NCBI GenBank assembly: GCA_040954595.2
Contig: CM082578.2
Span: 8,913,519 to 8,977,518 of the forward strand
Length of the DNA: 64,000 bases
Reading direction: 5' to 3'
Origin: Balanoglossus misakiensis
Taxonomy: Eukaryota; Animalia; Hemichordata
The notes beneath the pieces were generated by a model, which was not told the origin of the DNA, did not search any database, and was given only the letters and a program-made list of their open reading frames with translations. Of this stretch, positions 53,001 to 64,000 are shown piece after piece. Position numbers and translations under genes: made by a program. Each line of letters starts with the position of its first letter. Position 1 is the first letter of the stretch.

Positions 53001-56000
53001 TGATGTTGCCTTCTGCGGGGACTTCACTTGCGGTTTTACTGTAAGCGCAAACAAAAAGAAAAGACAACCACTTCAAGAAAATGATATTTCAAGGTGCAAA
53101 TACAGGGATATCACTCTGTGATCACTCCTCCATGACTACAGAGAAAAGTCTCACTAATCAAGTGAAATCATACTGCATCTCAGAATATGACAAACACTGC
53201 CAAGAATAAAGATATTCTAGTAATGGAAAATCTGGCAATAACACAGTTATTCTACTGAAAAGTAAATGTTAATATTTACTGTCACTGTAAAACATTTAGT
53301 GACAGTTGAATTTGACTTGATTAAAAGTAAGCAACGTCATTACCTGTAGAAACTTGCGAAGTGAAAACAAAAACTACCCACAGTTGTCTAAAATCTTCAC
53401 TGATATACAGGCCTGACTGATATACTCATATCCAATGTAAATAACACATCGTCTTTTGTAGCAAATACAAAAACTTAAATACATTTATTCTACTGCATTG
53501 TCATTATTGTGAGAGGGCAGGGAACATATTATCCAGCTGTAACCATATGATTGGTTACTAATGTTAGCTGTTATTAATATTCATGAGTATGCTAATGTGC
53601 AGAACCACCTTTTTGACGGTGATGTAAATACGCAATAAACAGGGGCCACACATTTCACTCGTATTAGATTGAAAACATCCCTACTTTGATCAGTAATCCA
53701 GTATAAGAACATTGCAAATATAAATTGAATGGTTTTTTAGATGACAGACAACAAGCCTATGATTTTCAGTGTTCTACAACATGCAGCAGAAATATTAACA
53801 GCAATTTAAACTCCTTTTGAGTCAAGTACACTCTTCAAATTGCCGGTGAATGGAACTACACTCTCCTCACTGCTACAAATATTAATGATATAGAAGAATG
53901 AAGAGCGTAAATCATAAATAAGGCTCATAAATTATTCCTCAGAAAGCTAATAAAAGTATTAAAACACATGAACAAAGATAGATACAAATGCTGCCTCATC
54001 ACATCTTCAATATGATAGGTTTATGATAGTTCATAACTTCACAAAGATCTAGCATCTTTCTCTCAGAAAGACATTAAAATTTTATTTCAGTGTGAAGACA
54101 TTAAAGTTTTACACACTCAGCTCCTGTATGAGCGGAATGTTCCTGGCGCACAGAAAAATATTAAGGCCGGCTGTACATATTATCATTGTGATAGAGATGA
54201 TAATTTAGATCTATAATCAATGAACCGTTGCAACTGAATTGAAGAAGAAAATTTTGATGTTATATATCATTCTGCACGACTTGAAAAGTTTATTCTTTAG
54301 TGCAAACAATGTAACTGATCAAACTAATGCAATTTAAATTTTTCGACAAAGATACATCATTGTAGTATGTACAGTAATGAGTTGGGATATTTTTTGCCAA
54401 TTGTGATTATGAAAAAACAAACAAAATCAAAATGCTAGTTTGTGAACATACAGTGTTATCTACTTGAGCAGAACAGACACTGATTTTATCTCACAAAAAC
54501 TTGACCTCCTTTAGGGGAAACGGTCATGCAACATCCTGGGATAGTACACTTTCAGTGCACACTGACAATATTGCCAAGATACAAGATTTATTATTGTATG
54601 TTTCATATTATGTGATATGGCACACGAAAAGTGTACTGTTATTCAGCCTGTATTTCCTTGTTACATATGAGGAGAACCCATTATGATGTTATCACTTGTA
54701 CTTGTGAACTTGCCATTCTTCTGATATGACCTGCTGAGGTCAAAGGTGACAGGTCAATTGACCTGCAATTCTGCCACTTGTAGCTCTGTCACTGTGTCAG
54801 ATACGAACAGGAAGTTTAGAACAGGGCCTTTTAAAATCCTTCATGCTCCACAGGGACAGTAATGCAATGGGAGGCGGTACACGCTAGTCACATATTTTTC
54901 CTGGCCATGGGGGCTGTAGCGCCATTTTATCACGCTGGGAATAAGGGGCTACATTGAGTTAATTAAATGCTAATCATTGCCAGAATATGATGAGGGACTC
55001 TGACATGAAATCTTGTAACTCACAGTCACAAGTTAATCTACCAATTTTTTCTTCAGAGATTTTCTACGGTAGCGACGAGAGAATGCCCTTTTAAAAACTG
55101 CCTGTTTATCAATTTTGTCTGAAATATTGAAGGTATCTACATGTATAAGTTACTTTACCTGCCAAAATGCACAATTCAAAGAATGAATAGTTTGTGATCA
55201 TGCTGAGCAACTGTCATCTCTGCTGACAATCACATGATTTATTAAATATATGGCTCTGTTTGCACAAGTTGTTCTGGTGCATTTCCGTACGTGGGAGAAA
55301 AAATAATCTCACCTTTTTATAGCCATAAACCTACCAGTACCACTTATTCATGCCTGTTTACATTCAGTCTTTTTATTGGAAACCTTTATCATGTTAGTTT
55401 CAAACAATTACTCGGTGGGCTAGTGTATGAACAAGCATTTGCGAGCCATTTATAGCTGTCAACATATAGCCATTTCATTTTCCATAAAAACAACTGAACT
55501 CCTGCACTAGCACCTGCCTATTTTCCCACAACTTCAAAACTTGTTTTCTGATGACCGACGATAATTTGCTAGCAGAACTACTGCAAACTCAGCACTGGAA
55601 AAGCCAAGGCTACACTGATTACTTTCACCAAATATAAAGTAATTTATTACAATAGTTATTCTTTGAGCAATGTATACTGGCGGTCAAGATGCCTCATGGA
55701 CTACATCATTACCTTCTGGTATGGCTAGAATTGGTGCAGTAACAGTCGTCAGAATTGGTGCACTTGGTTTGGGTGGTTGTACCAGAGTCTGTAGCAATGG
55801 TTTCTTCCCACTTGGATCATCAATCTGTGAAAAACAGGTAAAAAAATAACAGATTGGGTGTTGGTCCAGTTTACATATTGATTTGTGGGGCAAATTGAAC
55901 ATTTTATTTTTAACTTCAGACAAATTAGTTTGTCTTATAGGAAACACATCTTAGTGAAATATGTGACTTGACAGTTAAATTATTTCTTTTCAACTACGGT

Positions 56001-57574
56001 AATTTTGACATATCCTGTTGATGTTGTTTGTTTCTTTACTATGCAAATTAACAAATACTTGATATATTTTTTAACTTCTTCCTCAAACTCCAAGCAAATT
56101 TCACTTGGCTCAGCCATATCAAATTATCACTCTCGATTCTATACATGCTGGACACAAAAATAATTACTTTGTTGGTAAAGAACTCGCAGCAGGAATAAAC
56201 ACCAATGGAATTTTGATCAGTGTGATTTTCATCAAATTAAAAACTTCAATCTTTCAACTCACGCGTAGTCATGTCACTTGTCAGACAACTGTAGGTCACA
56301 CAAAAAATGTTCATATTTGTACAAGCCATTTTTGAACGTGATATTAACTTTTGAGAAAACAACATCCACTCTGAACTAATTGATGTCATGAATATAATTA
56401 TATATGAAGGGTGACGAGTTGGCAACATTGAACACAACACACTGCATTGAATCAATCGATTAACTGTTATTTCAATCCTACATCATTTTCATTTTTGAAA
56501 AATGTCAACATTAAAAATGTAGGTTTCTATGTAAACAATGTCCACCTCTCAATCACGACATCAAAATCACATGACAAAAACACACGAAAATCCTGCAGAA
56601 ACTGATAAGGAAGCGAAACTTTTAAGCGTCTGTTTGTTGAATCGGTAACAAAATCACGTTGCTTGGATAGCATGATCAAACGCTTCAAGCGTGAAAGGCT
56701 TATACATCACACAAGCCCCGCCCACTCCGCATAGTAAATGTGGTCTAAAAGGTCATTATGCAGCCCAATTTCAACAGCACAACAGATATTTCTACGTCTA
56801 GAAAAACTTAGAAACGCGAGTGTAATGTGACAATAGTTATTCAAGCGATCCGCAAAGTATACAAAAATTGTACTTGTATAAAGGAAAACGCGAATAACAC
56901 ACATAATTAAGAGTAAATACGACGAGACTGGTGCAAGATGTGTTGCTCGTATTCAACACGAGTCGCCATTTTGTTCTGAAAATTCCGGGCCACACTTATT
57001 TTTCCATCTCGGGAAAAAGCAAAGATAACATATATTTCACAAAGAAGATCATCCAGATACATCTTGCATGCTTGGAACTGTCTACTTAAGGTGTTTCTCA
57101 GACGATCTTCACGTTATTTACGAAGAAAACCGCTTCATTTGCCCACATCGTGCTAGACTCGGCCCGGAAACGTGGATATCACAACGCCACGTATCTACAA
57201 ATACCCGGAGTTACGAAGTGGTACGGGATAATAAAAACAAGCCCGGTAAATCCGTTGCAAATTTTGTTAACATGCAAGAAAAGCGATGCCTTCTTATCAC
57301 CGATTAAAAGTTGTAACTGCAAACGAAAGCAATACCGGTCTCTAATTGCATATCCCTTCCTAAGTAAGTTAACGCCCACAAATATGACTGACGACATCGC
57401 TTCAAAACGCTGTATAAACAACATCGACAGCTAACAGATACACAGTAAGAAAGTTGCTTGGAAAATAGCTTAAAACTCTATTATACAAGAGAAAAAATAT
57501 TGAACAAGATGGAAAAAATCCTTAACTATTGCATTATAGAAAACAATTCGTACCTTTTCCTCTTTTTCAGCCAT
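44004..57574 (-). CDS. SFMBT1: Scm-like with four MBT domains protein (4xMBT, SLED, SAM) with long Q/P/T/V-rich N-terminal region (~1773 aa)
   Basis: 19 exons: 57574-57554, 55824-55713, 53038-50624, 50220-50123, 49987-49735, 49398-49310, 49018-48778, 48497-48394, 48123-47874, 47641-47559, 47405-47168, 47005-46963, 46822-46728, 46378-46126, 46013-45838, 45492-45107, 44884-44684, 44573-44451, 44144-44004 (TAG). Four MBT repeats (GMKLEV..LHPIGWC etc.), SLED ([22 protein letters not shown]), [20 protein letters not shown] ([37 protein letters not shown]). Likely pro-ortholog of SFMBT1/2; first exon less certain. Confidence 0.93.
44745..44803 (-). repeat. Coding poly-histidine tract in SFMBT
   Basis: CAC/CAT run encoding [19 protein letters not shown] just upstream of the SAM exons. 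Confidence 0.9.
50860..51240 (-). repeat. Coding polyQ/polyP trinucleotide-rich tract in the large SFMBT exon
   Basis: (CAA)n/(CAG)n runs, e.g. 50910-50942, encoding [11 protein letters not shown], and a PPPPPPP stretch. Confidence 0.9.
54727..54764. promoter_or_regulatory. Cluster of five nuclear-receptor half-sites in SFMBT intron 2
   Basis: TGACCT-gctg-AGGTCA-a-AGGTGA-c-AGGTCA-at-TGACCT within 38 bp. Confidence 0.45.
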
Positions 57575-58346
57575 TTTAAGGGGTACTTATATGACGACTT
57601 TGCAGAAAACGCTCTGTAAATTTTCGGAAAATTTCAAGATGGCACCTGTAAAGTATTCTGCGCCTGCGCTACATATAATTAGTTTATATCGACGTAGGGG
57701 CGGCACAATCACATCTGTTTGAATATAGCTTTCCGTTCAAGTCAAAGGTATGTGAGAGAGAAATAAGCTATACGAGAAGTCAAAATTTACGAATTTGAGA
57801 AAAATGCGATGATGGCCATACCGCTGCATGTAAATATCGTAAAACATGCGATAGAACAGACTTTAGAAAACCCCATAAATAAATGGTATATTCCAGACAA
57901 GATAAACCCCGTTTCAGTCCAATTACCAATTTTAGAATTATTAAAGGATAAAATCGGCATTGTCTTTATTTCTCATAAGTGTTTCGTGTTATTATGATTG
58001 CAATCAACATTGTCCCAAAGACATTTACTGAACTCTCTCCCAATTTAGAAAAATAAAAACTGCGATGAAAAAAATGTCGGCTGAAAAGGCGGGATTGACG
58101 TCATCTAACCCTGCGCGTGCGTAGTAACAAAAGTTCAACATGGCATTGGTTTGCGTTGGTTCTGTACGTTGCAGTCGAGGCTGGTGATGTTGTGGTAAAT
58201 GTAGGCGTTACGTGTAATACCGATCGGAGTATGTGAGAAACTACTAATTCACGGTCTCAAGCTTCAGATCGTTTATAAACATATACATTTTAATTGGCGA
58301 CATGTGCGATGCCATGAAGAGGAAACACTGCGTGAAGTACCCGTGA
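57575..58346. promoter_or_regulatory. Putative bidirectional promoter of SFMBT (-) and STIMATE (+)
   Basis: Start codons ~0.8 kb apart, CpG-enriched; YY1-like caagatggc at 57636; CRE TGACGTCA at 58096-58103; NRF1-like tgcgcctgcgc near 57659. Confidence 0.5.
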
Positions 58347-61300
58347 ATGTTCATATTGTCGTTGTCTGAAAACACCGCGGAAATGAATGGGTCTGCGGTG
58401 ATACTGAGCGGGGATCGGGACGTTGGACTGGAATTGGACAGCCACTGGCACTGCGAACATGGAGCATTGACCAACCCCTTCGGTATTTTTATTCAGGGAA
58501 TATTAGCCTTCGTTGCATTCAGTACTTTGATGTGTAAGTATCGGAAATATGAACCCCGGGATATTGAACCTTTTAAGATAATATTGGGTCTGTCATTCAC
58601 CACAATGTCTTCTCCATCCTCTTTGATTTCGATCTGCATTCACATTCAACAGTGTTTTCCAACCGACAGCTCAACTGTCGAGTCAACTTCCGGACGGAAA
58701 TTTGGGGTCTTCGTACGTACGGTAGTCCGTAGTCGACCATCAGTGTCACAGACCTTTTTACATCTGGGGTGAACGGCACGCGTTTTTGTTTAATTAACTA
58801 ATTACCACCACTGTATTAATCGTATATTAATCACTGCAGCACACATACGTGCAAAAATGTTAAAACTTGTGCCCACGTATCACACCGGTAAGCGGTAAAA
58901 CGCCAAGGAAAATACCGACAGACACTTGAAATATTTTGACAGCCGTCGTACGTGACAGCATGACGTATTCCACCATAACGCGTTTGTTTTTGTTTACACA
59001 TAATAGGGGGCGTCGACCATTAAGTCCCATCATGGGGTCATGACCTCACCCATTTAGTAAAAGTTAAAACCAGGAATATTTTTGAGTGACAACAGAATTA
59101 TTATTTTTTAAACCAATTTTGTGAGTTTTATGGCATAATAATTCATATGGCTTTAATTTAGGAAGTGCCAGCGTTTCAATTAACATGTCCTCAGGAAAGA
59201 AACGTTCAGTGATACACAGTGGGGGTGGGGGTGGTGGTATATGATAATAATGGTTTCAAGAAGAAGGAACTCAACAATTTATGGTGCAAACTGCAGTGTA
59301 TAACCAAGGAATTTCTGGAATTTTCGAAACCTGGCGATTCTAAATGGGTGTAATGGTGTACAGTCTTAAAAATTCAGTAAGACTTGTGCATCTATAGCCT
59401 TGAACTTGCAAGCAACATGATACCTATACTGAAAAATATATTGTAACCACCAAAGTCAACTAACATACTGCTGGAGGTACAAGGTAACGTACATTGTAAT
59501 ATCTTCGGCCTTTGATTAGACATAATTTATAGTAAGGAGAGGTAGTATTGTAAATGTAATTAACCTTGTCTGTGCCTATAATCTTACACTCAATCAACAG
59601 CGGATCAGATTCTGTGATTGACTTCAAGGGGATACCAGTTAAAATATCCCCTTTCTTTAATAGTAGCGCATAAACACAATGTTTAGAATGTCTGATTGAC
59701 AGAGTCGAGCAAGGGCTGATTAGCATAATACTAGACTAGGAACTTATTGTTATGGAGTACATGTATAGTCACGTACATGTTACAAGGACTTGTTTCTCCC
59801 TGTGTATTCACTTCTGTTAGCCTTGAAACAGATAGCATTGGCCTCATCACAAACAAGGCAAACTCATCCTACACTGTTATAGTATACGTATAAAAACCAC
59901 AGCGCTTGTCAAAGTTTTACACTTTGCAAGAGCAATGGAGCAAGAAAGAGAATTTCATTTTGAGGATGGTGTATGCTGCAACGGGCAAAACAAAGTCTGA
60001 GTATCTGTTCGAAGATGTTAGAAGCAGTATCTTTCACAGCTGATCAGTGGGTTCATTTAATATATTATGTAACAGATTTGTTGTAAAAATAGATATTGAT
60101 TATTAATCAGAGTACTTATTGGTTATTTCATTTGAATTGTGCGTTGATTTGATTATTTTGAAAGTGAGTGTTACAACAGCCCAAAAAACAATTAGGTTTT
60201 GCCCACAGCATTTTGTCATGCTTTCGCCGGTCCAACAGAAGATAGCATTATTTTTACGCAGAACAAAAAATCCTGAAAACATTGCACACAGGTCACAGGT
60301 ATTGGAGTATGAATAACTTCACCTCATCTTTTGCATTATATAACACGTGAGATTTTTCATTAAAATTAACCACATATCAACTGCTTATGCATGGTGAATA
60401 CATGTATGGCTCGGTCATACATTCATCGACAGACAAGTACCAACTTGAATTGTAGTAGAGCCATAAACACTGAATCAGTATTCATTGTATCTGAAAAACC
60501 CTGAACTGTCAAAAACATGATGTATGTGCAGTTTTTACAAATATGGGGAACAGGGTCGAGGCAAGATATCTACATGTAATCTGAAATATTAAATGTACAC
60601 GTGTTGGCCAAAGGGTGTTGCTGAGAATATTTTTTTTGTACAAAATACATCAGGTTTCCTGGATTTAAAATTAAAAAAAAAGTGAATAATTATACAGTAA
60701 TGTTGCCAGCTGATTTTTTTTGCATGAGCATGAGCTAAACATGCCAGCAAAAAAAGATCAAATATATTTCAGTTCGTAGATGTTTTGTGTTTATGGTGGG
60801 GATAATGTCGTCGGTGTGCAATTAAATGTCCAATCTTTTGTGGCGAATAAAAATAACCTGTTTTGTGTACAATCCGCAAGCATCTGTGCTTTTGTCCAGT
60901 TATTTTGATACCAGGTTGTATGAAATGATGGGATTACAAGCGTAAAGGCGCAATATTCTCAAGTAAACAGGGTATTAGGGGATATCCTGTGTAGGATTTT
61001 CTATTGATGTTCACATAATATCATTCCATTACATCCTAAGAACCAGACGGGCTGTCAGAGTTGGTACACAGTCAAGCTCTGGAATTATTTGTGTCTGCTA
61101 CACTAACTTGCATCCGTTAAGATGATGTGTATTCTTTTATTTCAGTGAAGAGACTTCGAGAGCCTAAGGCAGAGAGAAGGCCATGGCGCATTTGGTAAGA
61201 AAAAAAGATTATTAATTTGTCCATAAATATACAAGTGATGCTCTCAACCCAAACCTCAATATACATATATTGAAAAGTTCGTATAGAGTTAAAATTGTCC

Positions 61301-62816
61301 TGTACCAATTTACACAAAATGACAAAATAATGCTCTTTTACCTAATTCTAAGGTTTTTGCCTTCAAAGAAAAAAATAATAATCGGATTTTGATTCTTTGA
61401 ACGCTCTCACAATAATCTTTGATCTCTGTTGATTTATTGTGTTCTTGTCCTACACCCCTGCAGGTTCTATGATACTTCCAAACAAGGACTAGGAGCTTTA
61501 GTGATACACTTCGCAAATGTTTTTCTGGCTGATCTGTTTCAGGGAGATCCATGCACATGGTGAGTTGTTAACAGACAGTGGAATTTCTTATAAAAAATTC
61601 TGGTCTCTTTTGGACCCCACATTGCAATTTGCAGCACGTCCTGTTTGTCTTCAGCCATCTTTCCACTGTGTGCTTGACACCAAAATGTATTTTTCTCCTT
61701 CTCCTGCCTTGCAGGTACATCATCAACTTTTTGCTGGACTCCACATTAGGACTCCTCATCATCTACATCGGTTTGAAGATAACCCAGATCATCGTGAAGC
61801 ACCAGCAGTGCGACTCGCTGCGCTTCGGCGAATACGGTGATCCACCATCATGCAATGCCTGGATGGGCCAGTGCGGACTCTACATTTTAGTTGTTATCAT
61901 TGAAAAGATACTTATCACTTTACTGGTGCAGTTTGAGTTCTGGGATCAGGTAAATGATGCAAAAGTGGACACTCAGACCAATGTGCCCTCTAACAAACAT
62001 AATTTTTAAAAGCTTTGAGTCCATTTGAGGATTTCTACAACTTTCTCTGAGTCAGTCCTATTCCTTTGCATGCATTGTGGATAATTTTCTTAAGTCACCA
62101 GTGAGTTTGTTGAGTCAGTGGCACGTCATATGAGCTTAGAGGGCACACTGGAGGTTGTTGACCGTCATCAACACAAGAAACCCTGCTCACTTTTAACTTT
62201 GGTGTTCTTTCATTACAGGTACGAGACTTTATCCTATCCCCAATTCACAATCCAGAGTTAGAAGTGGCCATAGTCATGCTGATTATTCCATTTGTAGTCA
62301 ATGTAAGTGGCAGTTCTAATCCAATCCAATCCAGTCCATTCAAACAGTGTTGTAGTTTAAATTCTGTGAGCAAGGTGTCCAAGATACAAGGTCTGAAAGA
62401 GATGTTAACAACAACTGAACAATGACTCTCCACTTTCCTGCATCACTTTAGATTTCGAATATTTCTTGCCTGGCAGTGTATAGCAGTTTAATGCCTGTTG
62501 GACGTCAAACATCATCCCCTCTATCTCATGCAAACACACACCCAACCGTCTTTCCCCTTATCCGCTTCTCTCTGCACAGGCAATCATGTTTTGGGTTGTT
62601 GATAACTTCCTGATGCGAAAATCCAGGAAACACAAAGAGATCAAAGGGACCCATGCCTCTTCCAAAGTCAAGTATTTACGGAAAGATCCAGAGAAGGGCG
62701 TTGAAGCAGGATCGGAGTCGGAAGTATTGCTCTCGCCGGATGAAGAAATGGATAAATATGCCAGCGGCGACGATGCCAAAAATAAACTCATACCGTCTTC
62801 GACTTCGGTAAATTAA
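58347..62816 (+). CDS. STIMATE: Store-operated calcium entry regulator STIMATE (TMEM110)
   Basis: Start ATG 58347 or 58383. Exons ..-58533, 61146-61194, 61464-61559, 61715-61949, 62219-62302, 62580-62816 (TAA). Motifs [113 protein letters not shown]. Confidence 0.95.
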
Positions 62817-64000
62817 TTGTGTGTTGCATGCAGCTGTGTGTCTGTGCCATATATACATGTATGCTAATTCTTCCAGGTAAACTGATAGGCATGTGACTGT
62901 AACTGAAATACAGGAGTGGTTTCACCACTGATGTGGATGTTGGAACATAGCCACCTATGGTACTATAGGTGAACCATTGAATTAACCACCCTTCACACCC
63001 TTCCATTCATGATTTGTTTCAGGTCTCGCTGTGACAAGACCTTGTCTTTGTGTGTCCAGGAGTATCATGTGTGATACGACAACAGTGGTCTTAGAGTCAC
63101 TTCTGCCAAGCCAATAAACGTGTACCAGGTATTACCGTATTCGTGTGCAAAGAGAGATTTAGCACTCATATACTGTATCTTCCTGTTGCCATGGTAATTT
63201 GCACTGGTGTAGCTTATATGCATGTCTATGAAGTGACTGTGACACCACTATTCATTTTTTTTTTCATTTCATAAATATTTGCACTTTGCATGTCGGAAAT
63301 GTGCACCATACTTGTTTGAAAAGCTTATGGGAACATGTATTACGTATGATTTCTGTAATTTAACATTTCCAAAACAGTAGAGCATGATGCTGTGTTGTTT
63401 TATTTTATTTTAGGCATGTTGAGATTTTCACACATTTGTTTCGCAATATATGGTTCTCAGTTTTAAGTTTGTTCAACTTCTTGGATGTTTGCGTATTGTT
63501 TGAAATATCAATTTTTGTCTTGTGTCAGAAGCTATGTATGATTGTAACAGTACTATAAATTGACAGGAGTTGGCTGAAATAATATTGTCAATCAGTGTTA
63601 AACAGGTTTTATTTGTTGTACTTGGAGGTTTGTTACATTCTGAAAGGAAGACATGTACTTCTTGTGGAGAATTTCAAACTGCTGTCGCCATAAAAAAAAC
63701 GTAGCGCGTAAGTAAAAGACGTCGCCGTTCCCTACATCTGATTGAAGGGCACCATACTCACTGAGAGGGCATGGTACTAGCAGTTGCATCATAAACCTTT
63801 AATAGTCTTCCTTGTTAGGTGGTAGCCCCCTTTGACCAGTAGATTGCAGTGCAGAGTCTATTGAACTGTTCTACTCCACATAGGGGTGTGAGGCGTGGTA
63901 ATGATCGAGATATACATGTAAATAGTATTTCATTTACAAGTAGTGTGTCTTATTGGCTGAATGCTGTTTTATCTCCCGACAGCTGGCATTTTGCTGTCCA

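Noticed and set aside
51616-53076. 486-aa alternative-frame ORF and several antisense ORFs over the large SFMBT exon
   Set aside because: Expected in GC-rich, low-complexity coding sequence depleted of stops; no recognisable domain or splice support.
56907-56969. Alternative SFMBT first exon (aaaATGGCG at 56969, minus strand)
   Set aside because: The frame closes after 20 codons with no good phase-0 donor; 57574-57554 (MAEKEEK|gtacga) fits better. May be a YY1 site or an alternative non-coding start.

Overview
Intron-rich, AT-rich eukaryotic DNA from an invertebrate metazoan (inferred from Egalitarian-like genes alongside a vertebrate-type SFMBT; exact taxon not determinable). Seven spliced genes were rebuilt by hand from GT-AG junctions with consistent phases: SLMAP (-, runs off the left edge), two tandem miniature Egalitarian-like 3'-5' exonuclease genes (+), an Ariadne-like RBR E3 ligase (-), RFT1 (+), SFMBT (-) and STIMATE/TMEM110 (+). 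Six of them form three head-to-head pairs. Most notable: the 12-exon RBR ligase is phase-perfect and intact except for one in-frame TGA (codon 142, context GAC-TGA-CTC) inside exon 2, a candidate for programmed readthrough/recoding. Also notable: the RFT1-SFMBT-STIMATE order matches human 3p21, the mini-Egalitarian pair differs by one intron, SFMBT has a 2.4-kb symmetric low-complexity exon, and there are several hairpin/MITE-like elements. No rRNA, tRNA or CRISPR array was seen. All family calls come from motif recognition, not database searches.
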